Source: Candidatus Hodarchaeota archaeon
GTDB lineage: Archaea; Asgardarchaeota; Lokiarchaeia; Sigyniarchaeales; SOKP01
Assembly: GCA_048887225.1 (NCBI GenBank)
Contig: JBHLJY010000024.1
Span: forward strand, 2,544-38,501
Length of the DNA: 35,958 bases
Direction: 5' to 3'
Shown: one piece after another, positions 17,360-27,000 of the stretch
Layout of the letters: each line of letters begins with the position of its first letter
Numbering within the stretch: position 1 is the first letter of the stretch
Position numbers and translations under genes: made by a program
Notes under the pieces: model-generated
The model's input: only the letters and a program-made list of their open reading frames with translations
What the model was told of the DNA's origin: nothing
Database searches by the model: none

Positions 17360-19099
17360 TTAAATTGAAAACATTTTATCAATAACAATGACTACGAGAG
17401 CAGCATAAAATTCCCTGGTGATCATATAATTAGGAATCCACATAATCCAGGATTGCCGTTCCTCATTATGTCTTATTAATGAGCTTAAACTATAGAACCG
17501 TTTAAATCCAGAATAATCATAAAAAAAGACTTTTGACACCCCAAAATGGCGACATACATCAAGATCCTTCTTATACTGTTTATTTTGAATATAAGATGTG
17601 TATTTGAACGCTTTTTTAAAGGTCCCGATGAATATATATCTACGATTCCGTTTGACATTTACATCAGAGCTATAGATCTCATAGGATACTTCTTGGAAAA
17701 ACGTGGATAATGGAACCAGATTTCTTTCTGCTTCTGATTTCTCTAAATAAGCAGGTTCGTAATCTGTGGTATAATCATATTTACTCGTATCTCTGATTAA
17801 ATAATCCCAAACAGTTGGAACATTCATTGTTCTATAATTCATTGACACAGAAAAATCCCAATCTAAATCGAGAGAATAAATTGTATTTGATAGTTTGTTG
17901 TAATCATCATCTCCGTCTATTTGATCAAACATAGTTTTTAATTTAATTATGCCAATTTTTTTCTCGTCAATATGAATATCCTCTATCATATCGGATAGAG
18001 ATGATTCTAGTTTCTGTAATCGAGTATCAGACGGCATTTGATTTATTAAATACTCGCCTTTTTCAACCGTATCTTTGTTGTCTAAATCAGTATAATAACT
18101 TTTAGGAATTTCTGCGTCAACCAGAAAACCCCGCATATTATCATATCCATAATAAAGATTATTTAAAATCAACCAGGACCTAATGGTTTTGAAAATGTCA
18201 TGAAACTCATTGGCATTATCTGTGGTGAGATAGAATCCATCCCTTCCACCACCTAATACTATGTATGTAATAATTGAATGGTTTAATAAATATTCAATTC
18301 TCCGTGCTTTTTTTACTCCAAAATCATCTCCATCAATATAATGCTCTCTTAGTACAACGGCAAATCCTACATCATGGTCTCGACATAACCCAAGTGTCTC
18401 CTCATCTCTCGGAAGTTCACCTGTAGAGGCCCAAAAGATTAATTCTGGACTATTTGTTGCCTCTATTTTCACATAAGTAGGAACAGCAAATATCGTTATC
18501 GTGCTAAATAACATTATTCCTACCAGAGAATATATGATCAGATTATTTTTTAGGAAAAAATAAGCGTTTGGTTTTCTATAATCAAGATTATAATATGAAT
18601 TCTTAACAGCTTCATAGGAGCATTCAAATAGGAGAAACAATACCACTTTTGTATAAAAAAAAGGTTCACCATAACCAATTACAAGCAATGCAATTGACGC
18701 ACTTATACTTATCAAATTTACGATAAAGGTATTTTTTACAATATGCAGTCGAGATAACAGAAGTCCGATCAGGAATAACCCTAAAAAAATAATCTTTGTA
18801 ATAAAATATTCTATAGTTGAATGTTGAATAAGAGCAAAAAAAATGAAACAAAATCCTGAAATAAGACAGATTAGTGCTGAAAATAGAAACATAACTCTCC
18901 CTGAACATAAAATAATATAGGAAATCCAAAAGAAAAGAAAAAGAGAAAAAATAAATTTTCCTACAAAATACCACCATCCAACGATGGGATAAATTATTGT
19001 AAGCAATTGTAAATCAGAAGACATAATAACAATAAATAAATATATCAGAATAATTGAAATTGCTACTTTACTCACAACAATGTTTTTCTTTAATGACAT
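17360..19099 (-). CDS. Multi-TM protein with large soluble domain, possibly glycoside-hydrolase-like TIM barrel
   Basis: About 6-7 N-terminal TM; alternating beta/alpha region with GFLVDAE; hydrophobic C-terminus. Confidence 0.55.
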   Translation of the reverse strand: MSLKKNIVVSKVAISIILIYLFIVIMSSDLQLLTIIYPIVGWWYFVGKFIFSLFLFFWISYIILCSGRVMFLFSALICLISGFCFIFFALIQHSTIEYFITKIIFLGLFLIGLLLSRLHIVKNTFIVNLISISASIALLVIGYGEPFFYTKVVLFLLFECSYEAVKNSYYNLDYRKPNAYFFLKNNLIIYSLVGIMLFSTITIFAVPTYVKIEATNSPELIFWASTGELPRDEETLGLCRDHDVGFAVVLREHYIDGDDFGVKKARRIEYLLNHSIITYIVLGGGRDGFYLTTDNANEFHDIFKTIRSWLILNNLYYGYDNMRGFLVDAEIPKSYYTDLDNKDTVEKGEYLINQMPSDTRLQKLESSLSDMIEDIHIDEKKIGIIKLKTMFDQIDGDDDYNKLSNTIYSLDLDWDFSVSMNYRTMNVPTVWDYLIRDTSKYDYTTDYEPAYLEKSEAERNLVPLSTFFQEVSYEIYSSDVNVKRNRRYIFIGTFKKAFKYTSYIQNKQYKKDLDVCRHFGVSKVFFYDYSGFKRFYSLSSLIRHNEERQSWIMWIPNYMITREFYAALVVIVIDKMFSI

Positions 19100-19114
19100 C
19101 TTCCTTTCTTCCCT

Positions 19115-19312
19115 TTATTTTATTTTTTTTACAATTTTATCCTTCGTTTTCAAACCAACTTTTGCTTGAGGGGGTAATTTCTTTCCCGCTTTTTTCCTTA
19201 GTGGTTTTTCATATTTCTCGGATTTCTTTATTCCTTTCTTTATATCTGCTTTTGTTGGCTTTTTCGAAGGTTTTTTTCTACAATTTTTCTTTTTGGCCAT
19301 AATTTTATTCAC
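19115..19312 (-). CDS. Lys-rich basic protein (histone-H1/protamine-like); true start may be ATG 19300
   Basis: MAKKKNCRKKPSKKPTK...; very high Lys content. Confidence 0.65.
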   Translation of the reverse strand: MNKIMAKKKNCRKKPSKKPTKADIKKGIKKSEKYEKPLRKKAGKKLPPQAKVGLKTKDKIVKKIK

Positions 19313-19326
19313 TTCCTATTATTTCT

Positions 19327-19414
19327 TTAAGTCAGCCGACTTATAACCTAAATTATAAGTCAGCTTATCTAAAATTACCGTGAATTTTTCTTATTTTTAG
19401 GTCAGCTAACTTAA
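19327..19414 (-). promoter_or_regulatory. Intergenic quasi-palindrome x3 / alternative RNA helices
   Basis: GTCAGC core at 19331, 19359, 19401; 14-bp and 13-bp competing stems. Confidence 0.6.
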
Positions 19415-19416
19415 GA

Positions 19417-19650
19417 TTATTTCTTTTTTTTAGGTCCTGGTCTTTTCTTTTGCTTCCTTTCTTGTTTTCTTGTGCCTTTTTTAGCAATTTCCTTATTAGT
19501 CCTTCGTGGATTTCTTGTATGAGCTTGGTTCCTATGAGCCTTTGATCTACCCATATTATATCCCCCAACTGGATGCGCTTTTCTTCGATGAGGTTTGCTT
19601 GTTTTTACAGGTATTTTTTTTGGTCGACCTTTTTTTTTCTTTTTTGCCAT
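19417..19650 (-). CDS. Extremely basic protein with AT-hook-like motif; candidate nucleoprotein
   Basis: KKKKGRPKK at the N-terminus, KKRPGPKKKK at the C-terminus. Confidence 0.75.
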   Translation of the reverse strand: MAKKKKKGRPKKIPVKTSKPHRRKAHPVGGYNMGRSKAHRNQAHTRNPRRTNKEIAKKGTRKQERKQKKRPGPKKKK

Positions 19651-19651
19651 T

Positions 19652-20911
19652 TTAAATCATTCCTTTTTCTTTTTTATATGATACTTGTGATTCTTTATCA
19701 CTCTCTTCTAATTCTCTACTAACGAAGAGTTCATTTTTATTAATATAGAAAATCTTGCCACATAATTTACACCATACTCTTGGGTTATTAAAGATAATAT
19801 GCAAGTCTCTAGGCTGATATTTTTGATGATTACCACAATTGGGACATGTAACATTAAAAATACCATTTATGCCTAAAATTTTTATCTTATATGTTTCTTT
19901 TTCTTTGATATGTTTATAATTTCTTTTTGCTCTCCAAATTATTTCAGATAAATCATTCCTGGTAACATAGATTATTTCCCCTTTTTTCTCTAATTCATCC
20001 AATTTATACAATATTTCTCCTTTTAATTCGTTAATTGTATAGTCGTCTAATTGAAAGGATGATAAATAATCTACAAGCAGATTTCTCTGATCTCTATATC
20101 TATCAATTCCTTCAATAATCTTAAATTTAAAGGGTAAATCCTTCCACTTAGGATCCGTTGAATCAAATTCAATGAAACACCCTTTTTTTTGCTCATCTAC
20201 GATAAATGCATGTTTTCTAGCTTCATAATCAGTTAATCGTTTAGATCTAACTTGCCAATCTTTTAATTCGTCTTGAATTTCTTCGTTTATTTCATACATT
20301 TTACAGGCTAATTCATCATGAGATTTTAAGATAGTAAACATACTGAAATCTTTTCTTATTCGTAAATCTACAGCTCTTAAACTCTGCACCAATAGAGCAC
20401 ATATTACAATCCCCCCTAAATTCCCTTTTCTTCTTATACATTCATCCTGTAGTTCATGTGCTATTTTATAAAATATTTGTGTTAATTTTTTATTACCAAA
20501 AGGATCCCGTGCATCCAAATAATTAATTTGATCATCTAAGACAACAAAATGCACAGGTGTTTCAGAATGTGCTATTGCATATACCAATCCATAAAGGTCA
20601 TCAGCAATAAAAAAATCAATGTCATCTAGCCAAACTTCATAAGCTTTATTGGCTAGATATTTAGTAGTTAATGATGTTTTTCCAATTCGAATGATTCCAT
20701 CCACTATAAAAAGTTTAAATTCGAAATGCCCTGATGGTAATTCTTGATCTTCAGGGATACAAAACGATTCCTCTTTAAGATATTTATCAATATCTCGAAT
20801 TTCTATTTCTGTATTCCCGTATTTTTTCAAAAAGACACTATTATTTAATATATCTCCATAGAGAATAATGCCACAAACAATTGATAAGATAATTATATAT
20901 AATTGGATCAT
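19652..20911 (-). CDS. Membrane-anchored P-loop ATPase (Zot/pI- or FtsK-HerA-like) with C-terminal Zn ribbon
   Basis: N-terminal TM; GIIRIGKT; VVLDD; LLVQSLRAVDLRIR; CPNC..CKLC. Confidence 0.75.
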   Translation of the reverse strand: MIQLYIIILSIVCGIILYGDILNNSVFLKKYGNTEIEIRDIDKYLKEESFCIPEDQELPSGHFEFKLFIVDGIIRIGKTSLTTKYLANKAYEVWLDDIDFFIADDLYGLVYAIAHSETPVHFVVLDDQINYLDARDPFGNKKLTQIFYKIAHELQDECIRRKGNLGGIVICALLVQSLRAVDLRIRKDFSMFTILKSHDELACKMYEINEEIQDELKDWQVRSKRLTDYEARKHAFIVDEQKKGCFIEFDSTDPKWKDLPFKFKIIEGIDRYRDQRNLLVDYLSSFQLDDYTINELKGEILYKLDELEKKGEIIYVTRNDLSEIIWRAKRNYKHIKEKETYKIKILGINGIFNVTCPNCGNHQKYQPRDLHIIFNNPRVWCKLCGKIFYINKNELFVSRELEESDKESQVSYKKEKGMI

Positions 20912-21630
20912 TCTGAACTCAACCCTCTTTCTTTTTTTAGTCTTTTTTGTTCTTCATAAAATCTATTGGCCTTTTCTTTATTTCTTTTTTGTAAATTCTT
21001 TTCCCGTTTAATCTTATTTGCTCTCTCAAACAATTCCTTTAATTGTTGTGTGATTGGATTTCCCATATCAAATCCATGCGACATCTGTGGTGTGGCCTGC
21101 AGTTCCTTAAGCAGTTTTATTATGTCCTCAAGAGCCCTATTCTGATCATCACGCTTTTCCAATGTATCAAGATATAGTGTGCTTATTTTACTAAAGAATT
21201 CTCTAATTTGTTCTTTTACATTATTATATTCCCGCAATTCTGTTTTATATTCAATTTCTTCTCCTTTCTCATCTAATGTTTCAATTTCTGTTAATTTTTG
21301 ATATTTTAAATGTCCTAATTCTGATTCTATCTCATCTTTAAGTGTATCCAACTCCAGGTCCAAGAAAAGCTTATTTTGTTCTATTAAGCAATAGATCTCA
21401 TCTAGTTTTTCCTCAAGATTATTAGTTTCTCTAAATCTTTTTCTAATCTTAGCTAAAGTATAATCTGAATTAGATTCATCACTCATTTGCTTGATAATAT
21501 TAAAAAAATAAATGATAACTGTCTTTGTATCCTCTAACTCATTGATATAAACTAAAATATCATTCAAATCAATTTTTTTGAGTTCTTCGAGACTCATTTT
21601 AGTTATATCTATGGTGTTTTTATCCTTCAT
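20908..21630 (-). CDS. Coiled-coil protein
   Basis: E/K/L-rich heptads; ATGA overlap with the ATPase. Confidence 0.75.
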   Translation of the reverse strand: MKDKNTIDITKMSLEELKKIDLNDILVYINELEDTKTVIIYFFNIIKQMSDESNSDYTLAKIRKRFRETNNLEEKLDEIYCLIEQNKLFLDLELDTLKDEIESELGHLKYQKLTEIETLDEKGEEIEYKTELREYNNVKEQIREFFSKISTLYLDTLEKRDDQNRALEDIIKLLKELQATPQMSHGFDMGNPITQQLKELFERANKIKREKNLQKRNKEKANRFYEEQKRLKKERGLSSE

Positions 21631-21635
21631 GTTAC

Positions 21636-23534
21636 TTAATCCTTGGTAAAATCTGGTTCCAATTCCTCCTCCTGAGTAGTTAATAATAATGGATTGTTAA
21701 TTTTTTTAATAGAATAAACTAAAGCTTCATTTCTCGCTTTCTCTATTTCATATTTCGTTTTATAATCTCCACTATCTTTGATGTCTTTGGATTTATGATA
21801 GTTATCAAAAGCGTATTGAGCTGCTTTTTGCACATTTCCACATTCTTTATATCCCATTAGAGCCAAAGAGACAAGATCAACAATAGTATTTTCGTCCACA
21901 ATTGTTTTTTGATAGATTTTAACAATTTTATCATTGATAATTGAATTAATATGTCTATTTATGTCATCTAACTGATCTCGTGCGGTTACATATTTCTTAT
22001 CTAATTTAATGTATTCTTCACGAGATTTCGCTTTCTTTAATTCATGAATGGATTTGATATTATCAATATGATTTTGCCTCATGATTGCTTCCTCTAAATC
22101 ATGTTCAGGAATAATATCAACTTTAGGATTGGATACCTTTATATCACTGACTTTTTCATCCTTTCTTAAATCTTCAACATAAAATAATGACTTATCTTTT
22201 TCATCTTTAGGCTTCTTTGTTTCTCCTTCAGTAGTTGTTTCTAAAATGTTATAATTCACATCACAGATATAATTAATTTTATCATACATAACTTGGTGCC
22301 GTATTACTGGAATTTCAGTAATTCTCACATAAAGTTGATTTCCATCCTTATCTTTTACAGGTTCTTTCTTATAGACGATCTGACCTTTTTTCTCTCCTCT
22401 CTTATAAGTCTTTTTAACCTCATTTGTATCTTTCAATACTTTTTTCTTCTCATATTTCACATAACTATGTAATTTATTTGCGACAGAAACACCAGGAATA
22501 AGACAGGAAAATGTACGATAAATTACAAACATCACTCTATTTGCAAATGTTTTTACCCTCTCTTGTTCATATAAGATAACATTCTCTGGCACTTCAACAC
22601 GGTGATAGATTATTTCAGCATAATAATTGAACAACCCCCAATTCATATAGGTATAAGGTTTCTGAAGAGCATATGGCATAGGAGAATAGGCCTTTTTTAA
22701 TCGTTTCCATTTTTTAAAATATAATTCATACCATCCAGGAATATCTTCACTTGTAACCTCATAGGAAAATCTACCAGCATAAAAATGCTTTCCTCGGACG
22801 TTTTTATAAAACACATATGGCCTGCCAATATATCTATATAAAACGAATGCGGCATAAATACCCCAGAGAAGGATAAAAAACCAATTATCCTTTCCCCAAT
22901 TATTAAATGCGATCATACCAGAAAAGATTGATGGGGCATCTGGAGCAACTTCCCCCTCATCATCGTCATCATCGTCATCATCACCTGTAGGAGCATCGGT
23001 TATGGGTGGATTAGTTGAGGGTATCTGGGGAGCTACACTTAACACAAAAATATAATCTCTAATTAAAATCCAAAAATTATTAGGAATGATATCCATTGGC
23101 AAAGAAAATTCAACTGTGTTATTTACAAAAATCTTTTCTATGAACGGATTATTGATACCTGGATAAAGATCAAATGAATAACTCTGATTATTTATAATGG
23201 CCTTTATTGTAATCATGTCAGTTAAAACAAAATCGTATGGAGCTGAAAGATATATATAGTGATAATCTCGATTATTAGCATAATAAAGCTGATATCCCTC
23301 TCCTGTGAAAATCTGATCATAACCCTCGTCTTTTAACCCATCTATAATTATATTATTAGCATAGGAAGATGTCGTTAGTTGATTTGGATTTGGATTCTCC
23401 TTCTCACTTGAACTCGAATTCTTTTGTGGAATATTTCTAATTCCCATACTCAGGACCATAAAAAAGATTAATCCAAAAATAAACATCCCAAATACAAATT
23501 TACTTTTGCTCAATTGGTTTCTTTCCTCCAGCAA
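21636..23534 (-). CDS. Two-TM protein with external beta domain, acidic linker and large cytoplasmic region
   Basis: N-terminal TM; IIIDG motif (DOMON/CBM9-like, tentative); poly-Asp; second TM; C-terminal coiled coil. Confidence 0.7.
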   Translation of the reverse strand: MLEERNQLSKSKFVFGMFIFGLIFFMVLSMGIRNIPQKNSSSSEKENPNPNQLTTSSYANNIIIDGLKDEGYDQIFTGEGYQLYYANNRDYHYIYLSAPYDFVLTDMITIKAIINNQSYSFDLYPGINNPFIEKIFVNNTVEFSLPMDIIPNNFWILIRDYIFVLSVAPQIPSTNPPITDAPTGDDDDDDDDEGEVAPDAPSIFSGMIAFNNWGKDNWFFILLWGIYAAFVLYRYIGRPYVFYKNVRGKHFYAGRFSYEVTSEDIPGWYELYFKKWKRLKKAYSPMPYALQKPYTYMNWGLFNYYAEIIYHRVEVPENVILYEQERVKTFANRVMFVIYRTFSCLIPGVSVANKLHSYVKYEKKKVLKDTNEVKKTYKRGEKKGQIVYKKEPVKDKDGNQLYVRITEIPVIRHQVMYDKINYICDVNYNILETTTEGETKKPKDEKDKSLFYVEDLRKDEKVSDIKVSNPKVDIIPEHDLEEAIMRQNHIDNIKSIHELKKAKSREEYIKLDKKYVTARDQLDDINRHINSIINDKIVKIYQKTIVDENTIVDLVSLALMGYKECGNVQKAAQYAFDNYHKSKDIKDSGDYKTKYEIEKARNEALVYSIKKINNPLLLTTQEEELEPDFTKD

Positions 23535-24057
23535 ATGTAATTATGATAACTATTACAACAAAAAATAGTGCTAAAACCCATACAACAAAAAATACTATAA
23601 AATTCAGTGTATCAGGAGCAAAAAGATACCACAAATATCCGATTAGCAAATAGATTAACATTACTGTAATATAGCTGAAAACCTTATACTCCAGTACTTT
23701 AAAATTAGAAATAATTCTCCCTAATATAAGTAGACTAATTGGTGCACATATAGTCATAAGAAAAGTCCCCCAGTCTAATATATCTAACGTAGTTAAATTT
23801 GTAAAAATTCCTAAACTATATAATGTATACCCGAAATAATAAACAATCAATAAAACCCTTAGAGTTTTACAGATTTTTGATTCAGGAATTGACAGGATTT
23901 TAGCAAGAGTTAATACTCCTATTATCCCAACGGTTAATGTACGTAAAAATGAACTACAATACCAAAATACGATTGGAACAATAAAATCCATTGGAGCATA
24001 AATAAAATTCAAGATCCCTACTAAAACCTCTACAAGATTAGCCATTTTCATAATCAC
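23500..24057 (-). CDS. Integral membrane protein (about 5-6 TM)
   Basis: Almost entirely hydrophobic 185 aa. Confidence 0.75.
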   Translation of the reverse strand: MIMKMANLVEVLVGILNFIYAPMDFIVPIVFWYCSSFLRTLTVGIIGVLTLAKILSIPESKICKTLRVLLIVYYFGYTLYSLGIFTNLTTLDILDWGTFLMTICAPISLLILGRIISNFKVLEYKVFSYITVMLIYLLIGYLWYLFAPDTLNFIVFFVVWVLALFFVVIVIIITFAGGKKPIEQK

Positions 24058-27000
24058 CCCTTTTTAATTTTCTTAATTTTTTTTTTTGGTTTATATCTGT
24101 TTTTTTTTAATAATTGTTCTCTTTTTGATTTCTTAATCCAGAAGAAATATTTTACAATTTTATCCAAATTAATAAAGTCTTTAATCTTATTATCAGTATA
24201 TCTAATTGTAATGTATATTACTCCAAATCCTATCAAAACAATAGCAATAATTAAGAAAAGCCAGGCATAATTGGCCATTCTTTCAATCTCATAATTAATA
24301 ACAATCTCATTCTTTCCTTCGTCCAAATCCATATTTACAATCATATAGTAAATTCTGTCCTCAACTGTGTAATACTCAACAATCTTATCACAATCAACCT
24401 CATCCTCTAATTCCTTGATCATGTTTTGTTTGTTATAATAGTCAGTTTCCTCAATATAGAAAATAAAATCAATATTATCGAGTCTATATTTTGCATATAT
24501 TTTATACACAACTTCTCCTGAGGATTCTATTCGTTTTAAATTAGAGAGAGGATTCGTCTTAAATTTAAGAAAAGCTGTAGTAATCCCTGTTCCAAATCCA
24601 GCACATTCAAAATATCCGTTTGTTTGGATATCATAATATTCATTTCCGTAATGTATTCCATCTAATTCCCAATCCGATTCAATATTTACCCTGAAGGCCT
24701 CTGAATATTTAGGAATTTCTAAATATCCTATTATATATTCATTCAAGTCCTCCCAATTTGCCTTTTTGATTGACCTCCACTCTTCGGCTGTTTCTCTTAT
24801 TTTCCATTCCTCATCTGATATTTTAAACCCATCTTCATTAATAACAAAACTAAAGGAAATGACAGGAGCAGATGAAGTCCCTTTCAGGATAATTGTTTGC
24901 TGTGATGTTGTAAAATTAATATGAGGTAATTCAAGAATGTAAGTCAAATCTGATTGTGTTGCATTATTATCCCAATTTTCCGCATATAACCCCTGGGATT
25001 TTAAATCCAAAACAATTGTTACATTATTTATATCTATTGGTGCTTGATATGTGATCTTTATCTCACAATAGGTCCCGTTATCTGTGAGGATCTCAAAATT
25101 TACATAATTATCCCAATCAATCCAATATGATGTGCTTGCAGTAAAGAAATCCTCTGAAAGACAGGATTTCTCAAAATAGTAATTATTATTTTCAATTGTA
25201 AAAGAAGAATATGGAACAGTTGTAGATGTTCTATTGTGATATAAACTTACTGTTGAAATATTTAAAGAATTATGAAAATACCAATAAGAAAATGTTCTAT
25301 TTGGTGTTAAATATTCTCTAAATTGTACTGTGTTTATATCTGTTCTTGGTTCATCTGTAAGTTGTATTCTATCAATCTGAGATGTATCCATATGAGTAAA
25401 TAATATCGAGAAATCATTATTATTATAATATGTATCTCCAACAAGATCAGATATTGTAAATCTACTTCCTGAGATGGCATAATTTGAACTCTTATCATTA
25501 TCAAAATAAAATTCCGTAAAATTAGAAGGATAATTAAAAATAGTGGCGTTATCAAATTTGATTGAAAGAATATCACTAGTTGCACCAAATGTGTTTGTAT
25601 GGGTTAAATATCCAGTATATGAAATCGCCTGTGTATAATTTAGTTTTAAGACAATACTCATGTCAAAAGTTGCTGTATTATTATTTGCAATGGTGAAATT
25701 ATTTGTCCAGTTAATCTGTATAAAATTATTAACTACGGGATAATTATTTACTGTTAAACTGAAATCTGTACTATTTACTGCTCTTAGAATTGGTCTTACT
25801 TGAAAGCTCTGTAATTTCCAACCTGAAGTGTAGTCCTTTGTTCCGTTAAAGGACACATTTAAATGATAAAATCCAATTGTATATGAAATATCAAAAGGAA
25901 GGTTATATGTGATATTTCCATAACTATTTGTTATTCCAGAACCATTAACAATATAATTTCCTCCTGGATCTTCAATGGTATAATTAAGTAATTTATTTTG
26001 AAGTGGGTTATTATATAAATCTCTCAGAACAAATGTGATATTCATTTGTTCGTCCTGATAATAACTCGAATAGAGATTATTAATGTCTAATATTGTTGTT
26101 CTTTCTATAAAACTTAATCCAGTAATATTACACCAGAAACTATCATTATACTCACCTATTACAAGGATAGAGATATTATAAACTGTTTCTACATTGTAAT
26201 TAACAGTAAAATTGAACTCATATTCATAAATTGGATAACTGGAATTAGAATATTGATGTATATAATCAGTAGAATTATCATAATATACATCCATTATTGA
26301 ATATTCCGTATCCAAATGAACAAATACAGTATTAGTTTCACCAATCAAACAGGGATTTTTATAACCAGTACTAATTGAAATCCGATTCCAAATAGTAAAA
26401 TTACAGGTCCATTTTTCCCAGTTTGAATAATTATCATAAAAAGTTAAATTTAGCTCATAAAATCCACATGTAACATTCGAAAACTCAAATGATTGTAATG
26501 TATTATTTAATAATGTCCCATTATGAAGTAAATATATCGTATCATCAAATTTTTGATGAATCTCTATATGATCTATATATCTGTCTGATGCTTTCCAATA
26601 AACCGAAACCTCTTGATGAGAAATTACTAGTGTATCAATCCAAATTGCTTGAACTTTAAAAAAATCTGAATCAAAATCATATAAAGTTAAATTATCTAAT
26701 GTAAAATTACTTGGATTACCTGCTAAATAAAATTCAATATAAAAACCTTTAAATCTATTTTTTCCTAATCCATTTAATACAGAAGTTATATTTAAGGTAA
26801 AATATATATCAGATTGTGTTGTATTATAATTATAAACTACAGAAGACCATCCAGATTCATGCTCTATTGAAATATTAAAGTGTAGAAGTGAATGATTAAT
26901 TGAATTGAAAAAATTATAAATTCCTGCATCTGTGCTAGGATCAAAACTAAATGTAAAATTAAGAATCCAATTTCCGTTCATTTCCTGTAATGAATCTAAA

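Noticed and set aside
19365-19568. 67-aa alternate-frame ORF
   Set aside because: Overlaps the better-supported basic protein gene, which is coupled to the ATPase
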